A stretch of 63,933 nucleotides of DNA, filler included, from 7 parts of 7 records of this genome joined end to end with filler, not necessarily neighbours in it; one strand, 5' to 3'. Shown: positions 17,852 to 28,051, counted from the whole stretch's first letter. Notes: generated by a model from the letters alone, not told the origin. Numbers and translations are program-made.

Positions 17852-18132
17852 ATCGAAACGAACGGCCATTTCGATTCGCGCAACCCTGCACACTTGCGAC
17901 TCAATGGCCTGCAGGTTGGCTTTCCATGCCTGTTCGGCAGTTAAGCTTTAGGAAAAGAAGATACGGGTAGGCTTATCCCAATAAGCTATGCTATAGAGAT
18001 TCGTTCAACTTACAAAATCCAATTTGCTTCACTTTTGGATTTTGAGTTTCATGTAAAAAAATATGCTTAATAACGTAAGTGGATTGGTGGTTCTCTCCTT
18101 TAGGAGAGTCAGTGAGGTGCGGGTAGGCGAAC

Positions 18133-18164
18133 AAAAACAAAGAGGCCACCATCCGGCAGCCTCT
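18133..18164 (-). terminator. Probable terminator of GEVED gene
   Basis: AGAGGC...GCCTCT stem with A-rich tract on plus strand. Confidence 0.5.
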
Positions 18165-18189
18165 CATTTAAATTATTAAAAAGTATGCT

Positions 18190-19506
18190 TTAGTTCTTTA
18201 TCATTGACTGTGACGAAATCTCTTTTTCAGATTTCAGAGTGACTATATAAAGCCCTTTAGCATGATCTCTTAAATCAATCTGGTGTTCATTTGACACTTT
18301 TTCATTTAAAACCACCTGACCTAAGCTATTTGAAATTGTCATCTCATATTCACCATCAACAGAAATGCTAAACAATCCATTGTTAGGATTAGGATATACT
18401 TTAAAACTTTTTTGATTTTCAGAGTTTAAAATACCTGTCTCCTCAACCACATTTACACTATAGTCCTCAACTTCTCCGTAATCGGTATCACCACATGGAG
18501 AACCACAAACGTAATTACTCCTTTTTAATCGTATTCTCATTCTATGAGTACCTATAGGTGCATCATAAGGAATTTGAACCTCAATTGTATGATTTTGTTG
18601 TAATTGACCAATTTTACAGTAAAGTTCTTCTTCTTCATCATTAAAAGAATGACTGTCATCAAAATCAATCCAAATTGATAAATCATCATTTGATTCATTA
18701 AGCTCAGAAATATTGACAGTTACTTGAATAGTTTCTCCTGGCACAACATCAGTTGACAAGTTTGTAAAATCTTCATAACCATTAGAACCTGAACCTGTAT
18801 TATTGATATCTCCCATTTCAATACCATCAATATAGGAGCCGCCACCACCACTGGGACTACAATAATCGCTTGAAACTATACATAAAGATTGCCGTACTGT
18901 AACTATAGCCGTATCTTCCTCATAAGTTTGCATAATATGCCCATCACCTCCAACTTGAGTTAACCAATAAAACCAAACATCTTCATCATCATTTTTCACA
19001 GAGATCCAAAACTCTTCAGGCAAATCTGTAATCTCTTCACTTGGTGTATAATCCCAATAAAAAACTCTGTATTGTGACAAAAAATTAACATCGGTACTGT
19101 TATGCGGGATAATTAATGTATCGGTAAAAATAATATCACCAAGTAATTCGTCCTGAACACCATAAACACTTATTATAAAATTTAAACTATCCTCATTGTT
19201 TAAAGGCATTATATTTCCATTCTGAAATATTCCCTGAAACCCAAAAAAACGCAATGATTGAATGGTTGTAGAATAATCATCAATATAGTGAAATATATTA
19301 TACCCACCATAATCATTAGATTGCAAACCATACCCAGGATTTGTAGGTGCTTGTGAGTATGTAGCCCCTGGCATACAACTAACTGCTTTAGGTGAAGCGA
19401 AGTCAGTATTTTCGATGGCGCCACCAATCTTTGGCATTTGCTGACCGAGTGATTGAATAACAAAAAACACCATGATCAATGCCGTATAAAGCAAATTTCT
19501 TTTCAT
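18190..19506 (-). CDS. T9SS cargo protein with GEVED domain
   Basis: Signal peptide from MKRNLLY (ATG 19506); WIDFD, RMRIR, YGEVEDY; CTD VYPNP.NG...KGLY. Confidence 0.85.
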   Translation of the reverse strand: MKRNLLYTALIMVFFVIQSLGQQMPKIGGAIENTDFASPKAVSCMPGATYSQAPTNPGYGLQSNDYGGYNIFHYIDDYSTTIQSLRFFGFQGIFQNGNIMPLNNEDSLNFIISVYGVQDELLGDIIFTDTLIIPHNSTDVNFLSQYRVFYWDYTPSEEITDLPEEFWISVKNDDEDVWFYWLTQVGGDGHIMQTYEEDTAIVTVRQSLCIVSSDYCSPSGGGGSYIDGIEMGDINNTGSGSNGYEDFTNLSTDVVPGETIQVTVNISELNESNDDLSIWIDFDDSHSFNDEEEELYCKIGQLQQNHTIEVQIPYDAPIGTHRMRIRLKRSNYVCGSPCGDTDYGEVEDYSVNVVEETGILNSENQKSFKVYPNPNNGLFSISVDGEYEMTISNSLGQVVLNEKVSNEHQIDLRDHAKGLYIVTLKSEKEISSQSMIKN

Positions 19507-19735
19507 AATTGTTGCTGTTTTAAGTCTTTTAAATTGAATTTCTAAAATTTTAAAAAGCAAAATTACATATAGTAAAATAAAATTTGTAATTATTTCTATT
19601 CCATTGTATGAGCGGTAGTATTTATTGTATAAACGGTTACAAACAAAAACAATAACTAGTTGTTTAACAGACACAAAAACCTATTAAAGCATCATTTTTT
19701 GTAACAACATGAAAAATATGTTTTATCATAAAAGA

Positions 19736-19768
19736 AGACCTAACAGGTTTTGAAAACCTATTAGTTCT
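19736..19768. repeat. Bacteroidota REP-like palindrome (copy 1)
   Basis: AGACCTAACAGGTTTTGAAAACCTATTAGTTCT; homolog at 22819-22851. Confidence 0.75.
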
Positions 19769-19853
19769 AAATAATAATAAATAAAAGACTTTCAGGTGCT
19801 TTTATCATCTTATATAATTTAAGTAAAAGCATTGAATGAAAAACATATTTTAC

Positions 19854-19861
19854 TACTTTTG
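19854..19861 (+). promoter_or_regulatory. Bacteroidota -7 promoter element
   Basis: TACTTTTG matches TAnnTTTG about 40 nt upstream of ATG 19904. Confidence 0.55.
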
Positions 19862-19903
19862 AAGCCACTAACAAACTAATTACAAAATTTATAACCAAAA
19901 GTT

Positions 19904-22762
19904 ATGAGGAAACTACTCTCAATTTTATTTCTCAGTGTATTTTCATTGAGTATACTTATCGCAGCACCGGTAAGTAAAGAAACAGCTAAACAGGTGGCTA
20001 TCAATTATTACACAAATTATGCCCCTGCTTCAACTAAAGATTTTTCAATAAAACAATCGTTTGCTTCTGTTGAAAAAGGAACCACTACTTACTATACATT
20101 TGTATTCAATGCAGGTGGTTTTGTAATGGTAGCTGCTGATGATGCAGTAACGCCTATTTTAGGTTACTCTGCCACATCAGAATTTGTTCAGGAGATTGAA
20201 AGTCCTGCTATTAAAGCATGGTTTGCAGATTATGACAAACAAATCAAGCAAATTATCGATCAAAAGATTGATAACAGCACGACACTTCCAAAATGGAACA
20301 ACATCTTAAACAATGAATTTACTAAAAACATGAAAGCAGTAGAACCTTTAGTTGAATCTATGTGGGGTCAATCAGGTGGTTGGGACGATTATGTACCTGC
20401 CGGGACTCCTGTAGGTTGTGTAGCAACTGCTGCTGCCATGGTAATGAAATACCATGAGCATCCATCAAACGGTGTGGGATGGCATGAATATGATCACCCT
20501 ACTTACGGTGAGCAATCAGCTAATTTTGCTGAAACAACTTACGATTATGCCAATATGCCAAACAACTATGGAACAGATGCTTCAGCAATACTTAGTTATC
20601 ATTTAGGAGTAGCTGTGGATATGAACTATAGCCCTGGTGGATCAGGTGCTTTTACTAAAGACCTAACATACGTGTTAGCAAATTATTTTAAATATGACCA
20701 GGGAATTAACTTTGCTGAATTATCCAACTACTCATCAACTGAATGGGAAAACCTTCTTAAAGCAGAATTAGATGCAAGTCGTCCAATGGTATACTCAGGA
20801 AGCGATACTAATTTTGGTGGTCACGCATTTGTTTGCGATGGATATAATGACAGTGATTTGTTCCACTTTAATTGGGGTTGGTCAGGATCAAATAATGGTT
20901 ATTTCGCTATTGGATCATTAAATACTAGTAATGGTAACTTCAATTCAACTAATGGTGTAGTATACAACATTACTCCAGCTGCTACTGGAGAAGAAGAAAT
21001 GTTATGGACAGCTCAATTTACAGACTTCCCTAATGAGTCAACATACCCTGGATACATTTCTGCTGTTGACCAAAATGTAGCCTGGGCAACTGGTCGTGAT
21101 GGTAGCGGAAACAGTGCTGATTATAGAGTGTATACACGCACAAAAGATGGTGGCGCCACATGGGAAAGCAATACAGTAAACTATGGAACAGCCTTCTCAA
21201 TGATTTATGGCTTAGATGCAAACACAGCCTATATTGCAGCCTATGGAACTGGAACTGGAAATAAAATCATTCGCACTACAAACGGTGGAATCGATTGGGA
21301 ACCAATCCTAAGCGGAGCTGGTAGCGCTAGTTTCTTCAATGTAGTTCATTTCTTCAATGAAAATGATGGGTTCGTACAAGGTGATCCTGAAGGTGGCGAG
21401 TACGAATTATATACTACAACTGATGGTGGTGACACCTGGACACGTGTTGATGGTGCTGACATTCCAGATCCTGAAGATGCAAGTGAATATGGTATCGTAG
21501 GTTATTATGATGCTGTTGGAGATAATATTTGGTATACAACCAATAATGGATACATATATAAATCATCTGATAAGGGGTATACATGGACCAAACATCTTAT
21601 TGCTAGTGGATCAGAAACTAATATTGAAATAGCTTTTGCTGCGGATGGCCTTGTTGGTTTAGCAAATTATTACAATGGTACAGATACTGATAAATATAAA
21701 ACTACTGATGGTGGTGAAACATGGTCGGCACTTACACCAACAGGAAACTTCTACGATCAGGGACTTTCTTTTGTTCCTGGAACCACATCCATGTTTGTAA
21801 GTGTTGGATCTGATTATCAAACACCATTTATGGGAGTTTCTTATTCAAATGACGGAGGAGAAACCTGGAATGAGTATGCAGACTATTACACTAATTTCCA
21901 AATGACTGGTCTTGACATGGTAAGTGAAACTAAAGGATTTGCTGGTGATTTTTCAGGAGTTTATTCAAAAGGTATGTTTGTATTAGGAGCTCCTGCATTA
22001 GTTGGAGCTGAATTTACAGCTGATAATGAAGGTATTTGTGTTGGAGAATCAGTAACATTCAGTAATGAGTCATTTGGCACATATGATAATTTACTTTGGG
22101 ACTTTGGCGAAGGAGCAACTCCTGCAACTTCAACGGATGTTAACCCGGGTCCTGTGACTTATTCAACTGAAGGCGAAAAGGATATTACATTAACGCTTTA
22201 TGCTGATGGTGGAGAGTTTAGTGAAACAAAATATGGATTTTTAAAAGTTTATAATGCTCCAACAGCTGACTTCACTTATGCTCCAATGTCTGATGCATTA
22301 TGGTTTAATATAATGTTTACCGGAGCTTCAACAAACACATATGAAGGCGTGAGTCAATTTGATTGGACTTGGGGTGATGGAAACACCACAACAGATGCCC
22401 TTGAAACAATTAATCATATGTACCCTCAAACTTCAGCTGCTTACGATGTTACTTTAACTGTAACTAATGCAACTTGTTCTGATGAAATTACAAAGCAAGT
22501 ATTTGTGAACCCGGTTGGACTTGATGAAGCCAGCAACTTTGATTTTAATGTTTATCCTAACCCAACCAATGGACAGGTAACCATTACAAATGTTGAAAAT
22601 GGAGCAATCTTCATCTATGCAATGAATGGACAATTACTTGAAAATATTAAGGCTACTTCAAACACAATGAAAGTAAACCTAGATAATTACAATTCAGGTG
22701 TTTATGCCATTAAAGTTGTAAGCAATGAAGGTACTGCTGTAAAATATATCACAGTAAAATAA
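19904..22762 (+). CDS. C10 (streptopain-like) cysteine peptidase with prodomain, Asp-box beta-propeller, two PKD domains and T9SS CTD
   Basis: WGQ, GCVATA, GHAFVCDG, HFNWGW; six T/S-x-D/N-G/K-G-x-x-W boxes; WDFGEG and WTWGDG; VYPNPT CTD. Confidence 0.9.
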   Translation: MRKLLSILFLSVFSLSILIAAPVSKETAKQVAINYYTNYAPASTKDFSIKQSFASVEKGTTTYYTFVFNAGGFVMVAADDAVTPILGYSATSEFVQEIESPAIKAWFADYDKQIKQIIDQKIDNSTTLPKWNNILNNEFTKNMKAVEPLVESMWGQSGGWDDYVPAGTPVGCVATAAAMVMKYHEHPSNGVGWHEYDHPTYGEQSANFAETTYDYANMPNNYGTDASAILSYHLGVAVDMNYSPGGSGAFTKDLTYVLANYFKYDQGINFAELSNYSSTEWENLLKAELDASRPMVYSGSDTNFGGHAFVCDGYNDSDLFHFNWGWSGSNNGYFAIGSLNTSNGNFNSTNGVVYNITPAATGEEEMLWTAQFTDFPNESTYPGYISAVDQNVAWATGRDGSGNSADYRVYTRTKDGGATWESNTVNYGTAFSMIYGLDANTAYIAAYGTGTGNKIIRTTNGGIDWEPILSGAGSASFFNVVHFFNENDGFVQGDPEGGEYELYTTTDGGDTWTRVDGADIPDPEDASEYGIVGYYDAVGDNIWYTTNNGYIYKSSDKGYTWTKHLIASGSETNIEIAFAADGLVGLANYYNGTDTDKYKTTDGGETWSALTPTGNFYDQGLSFVPGTTSMFVSVGSDYQTPFMGVSYSNDGGETWNEYADYYTNFQMTGLDMVSETKGFAGDFSGVYSKGMFVLGAPALVGAEFTADNEGICVGESVTFSNESFGTYDNLLWDFGEGATPATSTDVNPGPVTYSTEGEKDITLTLYADGGEFSETKYGFLKVYNAPTADFTYAPMSDALWFNIMFTGASTNTYEGVSQFDWTWGDGNTTTDALETINHMYPQTSAAYDVTLTVTNATCSDEITKQVFVNPVGLDEASNFDFNVYPNPTNGQVTITNVENGAIFIYAMNGQLLENIKATSNTMKVNLDNYNSGVYAIKVVSNEGTAVKYITVK

Positions 22763-22781
22763 ATACTTCAAGATTTTTAAG

Positions 22782-22810
22782 AAAAGCTGCTCAATTGGGC
22801 AGCTTTTTTT
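22782..22810 (+). terminator. Intrinsic terminator
   Basis: AAAAGCTGCTC-AATT-GGGCAGCTTTTTTT. Confidence 0.85.
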
Positions 22811-22818
22811 ATGCTCAA

Positions 22819-22851
22819 AGACCTAACAGTTTTTAGAAACCTGTTAGGTCT
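22819..22851. repeat. Bacteroidota REP-like palindrome (copy 2)
   Basis: AGACCTAACAGTTTTTAGAAACCTGTTAGGTCT. Confidence 0.75.
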
Positions 22852-22856
22852 AAATA

Positions 22857-22895
22857 ACAAAAACCATCGGCGTCGCTTTGAGCGACACCGATGGT
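22857..22895 (-). terminator. Terminator of M1 peptidase gene
   Basis: ACCATCGGCGTCGCT-TTG-AGCGACACCGATGGT with A tract on plus strand. Confidence 0.7.
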
Positions 22896-22905
22896 ATAAT
22901 AAGAT

Positions 22906-24828
22906 TTATTTTACAATAAATTGTCTTGTTTCCGAAAAACTTCCGGCACTTAATGTGTAGAAATACAAACCAGGATTCAAGTTCTCCCTGGTTAATTCTA
23001 CCTCTTGCATTCCACTTGGAACCTCTTTATCTAGTACTGTGGTCATATATTGACCCAAAGTATTGTATACCTTTATACTAATTCTTTGAACCGTAGGGAC
23101 CTTAAATCTAATGGTCGTTGAATAGTCCATAGGGTTAGGATAATTCTGACTTAAGAAATACGTCCCTTCTCCTTCTATATCAGAAGAAATTCCCACAAGA
23201 ATCTGAGGTTGTCTCATTAAAATCCACTTTTGTGGGTCTACTTTAAGTGTGTCTACAGAATTAATAGCCAGCTCACCTACTCCATCATTCATCTCCACAT
23301 CCATTGCTTCACCATTTACAGTTACAGGTACATTAAGATCCAATGGCACATCGGTTTCTGTGGTCCATTCAAATGTAGTATGATCATATTCGCGTGTCAC
23401 AATTAACCGTGGATATGACACTTCTCTGAAAAATACCTCAAAAAATAATTCCAATGACCTGCCTGTTATTTCTTCAGCAGCGTACATCATATCATCAGTA
23501 GTCATAAATCTACATTGACGGCCATTGGTGTTATCAAAATCAGTTGAATCCGGATAAGCCCATCGCTTCATTAAATTCTTGAATGGTTCATCACCCAAAT
23601 GATAGCGTAAAGTATGAATAACAGATGCTCCTCTCCAATAAGGATTTAAATCTTCTAAACCCACCTGTGCAGTAACCGACTCTCTTGGAGCCAATGGAAG
23701 ATTATGATTATTAGACGGTTGCATATTTCTCATAAACTGCATGTAATCATCCATACCTGAATTTTGTTCAACAAATAATGCTTCAGCATAAGTGGCCATT
23801 CCTTCATGAATCCAGGTATCTGCCCAGTCTTTAGCAGTAATAAAATTGCCCCACCATTCGTGTGCTAATTCATGATAATGTATATAATCATAACCCCAAC
23901 TATTTATATTGAAATTACTTCCATAAGCAATACACGTTTGGTGTTCCATTCCCGCATAAGAACTATGCACAAAGCCTAGTTTTTCAGTAAGAAATGGAAA
24001 CGGACCAAAGGCTTGCTCCAACACAGAAAATTCATTTCTATAATTAGAAATCATACCTTCTAATGATTCATAAGCTCCGGGTTTTACCCAAAACTGCATG
24101 GGAATAGAATCCCCTATTTCACTCCAATAATTTCTTTCGAGCAAATCATATTGTGCGATATAAAAGGTAATGTTGTAATTATTAATGGGTGAAGTCAAAA
24201 ACCAATGAAAAGTAGCTGTACTATCTGTCGGATAAGTCATTTCAACCAGTTGTCCGTTTGAAATACAATCAAGGGTGTCAGGTACTGTAAAATTCAACGC
24301 TACAGAATCGGGTTCATCAGAAGGATGATCTTTGCATGGAAACCAGACATCAGATCCCTCACCTTCACATGTTACTCCAATCATAAAGTCTCCGTTTGTA
24401 TAACTACGCCATGTAAAACCATCATCCCAGGGAGGGGTTGAAGCAGTATGTGGTATTCCGTGATAGTAAACACGTGCAGTAACAATATCTTCTGTTATAG
24501 AAGATCCAGGGATAAGTATTTTAAGCTTTTTATCTGCATGTGTAAAACTCATTGATGATTCAATTCCATTATTTTTTTTTATTAAAACTGAATCAACAGT
24601 TAACGTATTCCACAAATCCAATTCAAGTGTATCAATAGGATTCACTATTTCAACACGAACTATTACAGAACCATCAATTGATCTCTGATCATAACCAATG
24701 TCAAAGTTCAAATCAAGTTCATAAAATGTTACATCATACGCAGCCTGGTTAGCATTCAAAATTCCTCCGGACTGAGCAATTAAAGAACCCGAAAGGAATA
24801 TAAAAAGTAAAATAAATAAAAGTCTCAT
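22906..24828 (-). CDS. M1-family zinc aminopeptidase with T9SS CTD
   Basis: WFPCKDHPSDE, GMEH, HELAHEWWGN...W.HEG (HExxH-x18-E), Y..GA; QNYPNP CTD. Confidence 0.9.
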   Translation of the reverse strand: MRLLFILLFIFLSGSLIAQSGGILNANQAAYDVTFYELDLNFDIGYDQRSIDGSVIVRVEIVNPIDTLELDLWNTLTVDSVLIKKNNGIESSMSFTHADKKLKILIPGSSITEDIVTARVYYHGIPHTASTPPWDDGFTWRSYTNGDFMIGVTCEGEGSDVWFPCKDHPSDEPDSVALNFTVPDTLDCISNGQLVEMTYPTDSTATFHWFLTSPINNYNITFYIAQYDLLERNYWSEIGDSIPMQFWVKPGAYESLEGMISNYRNEFSVLEQAFGPFPFLTEKLGFVHSSYAGMEHQTCIAYGSNFNINSWGYDYIHYHELAHEWWGNFITAKDWADTWIHEGMATYAEALFVEQNSGMDDYMQFMRNMQPSNNHNLPLAPRESVTAQVGLEDLNPYWRGASVIHTLRYHLGDEPFKNLMKRWAYPDSTDFDNTNGRQCRFMTTDDMMYAAEEITGRSLELFFEVFFREVSYPRLIVTREYDHTTFEWTTETDVPLDLNVPVTVNGEAMDVEMNDGVGELAINSVDTLKVDPQKWILMRQPQILVGISSDIEGEGTYFLSQNYPNPMDYSTTIRFKVPTVQRISIKVYNTLGQYMTTVLDKEVPSGMQEVELTRENLNPGLYFYTLSAGSFSETRQFIVK

Positions 24829-24994
24829 AGCTAAATGTTTAATTAATAACTGTTTTATTCATAATGAAATTTTGATGAAATTTCTTCTGAAAGATATAAA
24901 AAGAATTTGAATTAACTAATATTGCTGGAAATGAGACACAAAACCACTAAACTATTAGTATTATATGTTCTTTGTCTTAATACAAAGAACCAAA

Positions 24995-25094
24995 NNNNNN
25001 NNNNNNNNNNNNNNNNNNNNNNNNNNNNNNNNNNNNNNTTAATTAATTAANNNNNNNNNNNNNNNNNNNNNNNNNNNNNNNNNNNNNNNNNNNN
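24995..25094. other. Artificial contig spacer
   Basis: 44 N + TTAATTAATTAA + 44 N. Confidence 0.99.
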
Positions 25095-25218
25095 TAATCA
25101 TGGTAGAGCAATAATCAAGGATGGAATTTCATCACAAAAGGATTTAATTCAAGTGCCTTACATTTCACAAAAACAGCATTTAGCATTAGTTAAAGGCTTT
25201 AATTATCTTAAATAGTTT

Positions 25219-25257
25219 GAACAGGAGAATAAGCAACTATGTTGCTTTTCTCTGTTC
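25219..25257. terminator. Hairpin, probable bidirectional terminator
   Basis: GAACAGGAGAATAAGCAAC-TAT-GTTGCTTTTCTCTGTTC. Confidence 0.6.
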
Positions 25258-25294
25258 TTCTTGTCTTATTTTATAAAAAGTATCAGTTTCAAAA

Positions 25295-25870
25295 TTATTG
25301 TAAGTCGCCATATTTAAATAATTTTTTTGATGTTTCACTTAGAAAAGGGTAAAAATGTTTTACGAGACCATATTCTTTAGCTCTTTTTAGTATAGAATCA
25401 TATTTTATTTTTGCAAATTGATATTCTTTAAATTTTTCTTTATTGAGCATATCAAAACTAACAATATCATTATATTTTGATTCATATTCTTGAATCATTT
25501 TTTTTATTTCATTCTTTTTATTATTTAATACCTGTAGTTTTTCTATTTTTGAGTTTAATTTAGAAGTTTGATTATAGTAATATTCATTTATTTCTTCAAT
25601 CTTTGCACGATGTTTATTTCTAAGTTCTAAAAGTTCATCATTATGAGTTTTAATTAGAAAATCCATTGCTTTTGTCATTTCTTTTTTTTCTTGTAAATAT
25701 TTTTTTTCAAGTTCTATGTAATTATGTATCTTTGAGCTATCTTTAGAATTTCTAATTGTTTGTTGATAATTAAATATTGTCCAACCTGATAGAATTAAAA
25801 TTACTACTAAAAAATAAGCAAGCCCCTCTTTTATAAACTCTTTAAGATTTTTTAATTTAATTTCAAACAT
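25295..25870 (-). CDS. Hypothetical membrane-anchored coiled-coil protein (element cargo)
   Basis: AAAGGA SD; one N-terminal TM; K/E-rich helical body. Confidence 0.6.
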   Translation of the reverse strand: MFEIKLKNLKEFIKEGLAYFLVVILILSGWTIFNYQQTIRNSKDSSKIHNYIELEKKYLQEKKEMTKAMDFLIKTHNDELLELRNKHRAKIEEINEYYYNQTSKLNSKIEKLQVLNNKKNEIKKMIQEYESKYNDIVSFDMLNKEKFKEYQFAKIKYDSILKRAKEYGLVKHFYPFLSETSKKLFKYGDLQ

Positions 25871-25925
25871 AATGTCCTTTCTTTTATATATTTAAATGGA
25901 TTATATAATATATCTGATTAGAGTT

Positions 25926-27632
25926 TTAGTAAATCTCTTTTATCGCTTTTTCAATATGAGAAAGGTCAATATAATGAAAAGTCAAATATTTATCAATTTC
26001 ATCTTTTATAATTTTTGCTGGCATTTGAGTATCACCATAAACACTTATATCTTTATTATCACTCCCATAGCTATGACCAGTAATATCATTTATAATATAC
26101 AGATTAACTCTATTGTTTTTCAGTGTTTGATTAACTAAATGTTTAAAAGAATAAAATGTTTTGTTTTCATCTTTAGTTATATATTCTCTATTATATGGAG
26201 AAAACTTATTTGTAAAGCTTGTATGCCCACTTTTGTAGATTTTTATATTTGGAAATAATTGTATTGATTTTTGTTTTTTCTGAAATTTAACATAGTCTAA
26301 AAAACCTAAATCTATAATTTTCTGAGCTAATGGAATTTTTCGAGTATTGTATTTAGTATCTTTCAGTTTTTTATTTTCTTTATTATTAAAATCGATAATC
26401 CAAATGCCTTTATATTTTCTTATATCTGATGTATGTAATTGTGCAAGTTCAGTTGGTTTTGCTCCACCATTAAATAATGTAAGCAAAGGTATAAATATAT
26501 ATTCAGGATTATTATTGAGAGAATATTTTAACTTTTCATTAAACCAAGGACTTTTATTAAATAAATTAATTAAATCTTCTTTCTCATAAGGTACTTTTGA
26601 TTCTTTTATATTTTTTTCATCATTTAATTCAAGGTCTTTAGTTAGATTCTTATCTATTTTATCTACCTTAACTGCCCATTCAAAAACTTGATGTATTCTT
26701 CTTAAATGTTTATTAACTGTTCTTTTGTCAAGTGTTTTTTCTTTATTTTTTTTAACAATTGAAACTATCTCTTTTGTAGACTTATTTCTAAATATTTTTT
26801 TTGTAGGTTTGATAGGTAGGTTCATTAATACTTCTTTTCTAAAAGCTGAAAAATGCTCCCTTTCTAGGATATCAATGAAGCAATCCTCATAATATGATAT
26901 AAAATGACTAAAGACATAGTTTATATCTCTTTCATTTCTTTCATCCCACTCTTTTCTTATAGATTCTTCTTCTATATATAATTTTAGTAATTCAGAGATT
27001 TTATATTCTTTATTAGAAGAATTTACTATTTGTGAATTATCTACATGGCTAGTATTTGTTTGTAATGATGGATAAGTTTGTTTAGTTGAACCACTAAATG
27101 GAAGAGTTTCTTGAAAAACTTTTGCTTTATATAGTAAATCCCATTCAGCCTTTAAAAGTTCATAGTGAAAACTGTATATATCATCTTCGTCAGTTAATTT
27201 TTTAAATTCTTCTTTTATATTGCTTCTATTCAGAATTCTATTTGTAACGGCTTTTACTAAGTCATAGTCATTTTCTATATGTACTTTTTGATATTTATTT
27301 ATAGCTATTTCTAAAGCTTCTTTTGTATGCCCTCCATAAAATTCTCCATTTATATATGTTGAGAGTTCCTCATCCCTTTGTCTTGAAAATTTATTTATTG
27401 ATTTTTCTATCATATAAGTTTTATATTTATCGACAATAGCTTTTATTTCTTTATCTGTCATTTTTTCAATTCCTTGTGCTAATAGATAGTTTATTTCAAA
27501 GTTTATATATGAGTGTCTTAAAACTGCTTCATCATAGTTTTTAGTTTTAAGAGAAAATACTATCTCTTTGTCCTTATTAATTCTTCTTCGATACCAATAA
27601 GTATTATTTTTTTTAGTCAGGTATTTTAACAT
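25926..27632 (-). CDS. Tyrosine recombinase/integrase with DUF6538-like N-terminus and atypical catalytic motifs
   Basis: YWYRRRI...SLKT N-terminus; T.NKHL..I..VF.WA; GAKPTELAQL, K, R.IP, FYSFKH, ITGH, Y. Confidence 0.85.
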   Translation of the reverse strand: MLKYLTKKNNTYWYRRRINKDKEIVFSLKTKNYDEAVLRHSYINFEINYLLAQGIEKMTDKEIKAIVDKYKTYMIEKSINKFSRQRDEELSTYINGEFYGGHTKEALEIAINKYQKVHIENDYDLVKAVTNRILNRSNIKEEFKKLTDEDDIYSFHYELLKAEWDLLYKAKVFQETLPFSGSTKQTYPSLQTNTSHVDNSQIVNSSNKEYKISELLKLYIEEESIRKEWDERNERDINYVFSHFISYYEDCFIDILEREHFSAFRKEVLMNLPIKPTKKIFRNKSTKEIVSIVKKNKEKTLDKRTVNKHLRRIHQVFEWAVKVDKIDKNLTKDLELNDEKNIKESKVPYEKEDLINLFNKSPWFNEKLKYSLNNNPEYIFIPLLTLFNGGAKPTELAQLHTSDIRKYKGIWIIDFNNKENKKLKDTKYNTRKIPLAQKIIDLGFLDYVKFQKKQKSIQLFPNIKIYKSGHTSFTNKFSPYNREYITKDENKTFYSFKHLVNQTLKNNRVNLYIINDITGHSYGSDNKDISVYGDTQMPAKIIKDEIDKYLTFHYIDLSHIEKAIKEIY

Positions 27633-27648
27633 AATCAAACCTTTTATT

Positions 27649-27669
27649 GTGTATCATTTTCGTGTATCA
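27649..27669. mobile_element. Putative integrase arm-type binding sites (direct repeat)
   Basis: GTGTATCA-TTTTC-GTGTATCA just upstream of integrase start. Confidence 0.5.
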
Positions 27670-27735
27670 AAAATAGAAAATGATAAATTAAATTAAAAAA
27701 ACTAAAAGTTAAATCTTCGATTTTAAGGAGTATAA

Positions 27736-28050
27736 ATGAGTGTTTTAGTACAAATGGCTATGTTTCCTACCGATGTGGGTGAAAGTAAAAGTAAATATGT
27801 TGCAGAAGTTATAAAGTGTATAAAAGAATCAGGTTTTCCATATCAATTAACTCCAATGGGTACTATAATTGAAACTACAAATATAAAAGACGCATTAAAT
27901 CTTATTGAAAAATGTTATGAAACTCTGGAATTGTTAGATTGCAATAGAGTTTATTCAACTCTTACTTTTGATATAAGAAAAGGTCATAGCAATAGACTTG
28001 AAGGTAAAGTGAAATCAATCGAAGATAAAATAGGAGAAGTCTCAAAATAG
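27736..28050 (+). CDS. MTH1187/YkoF-family thiamine-binding protein
   Basis: MFP....S.S.YVA, Y.LTPMGT.IE, RV...L.FD.R...KV.S; AAGGAG SD. Confidence 0.88.
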   Translation: MSVLVQMAMFPTDVGESKSKYVAEVIKCIKESGFPYQLTPMGTIIETTNIKDALNLIEKCYETLELLDCNRVYSTLTFDIRKGHSNRLEGKVKSIEDKIGEVSK

Positions 28051-28051
28051 C

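Noticed and set aside
17852-18130. Cluster of imperfect hairpins and two CGGGTAGGC copies
   Set aside because: Looks like decayed REP-type debris at a contig end; no consistent unit or RNA family could be defined
25096-25194. C-terminal fragment NHGRAIIKDG...IQVP, perhaps an FtsK/VirD4-like tail
   Set aside because: Only 32 codons; too short to assign
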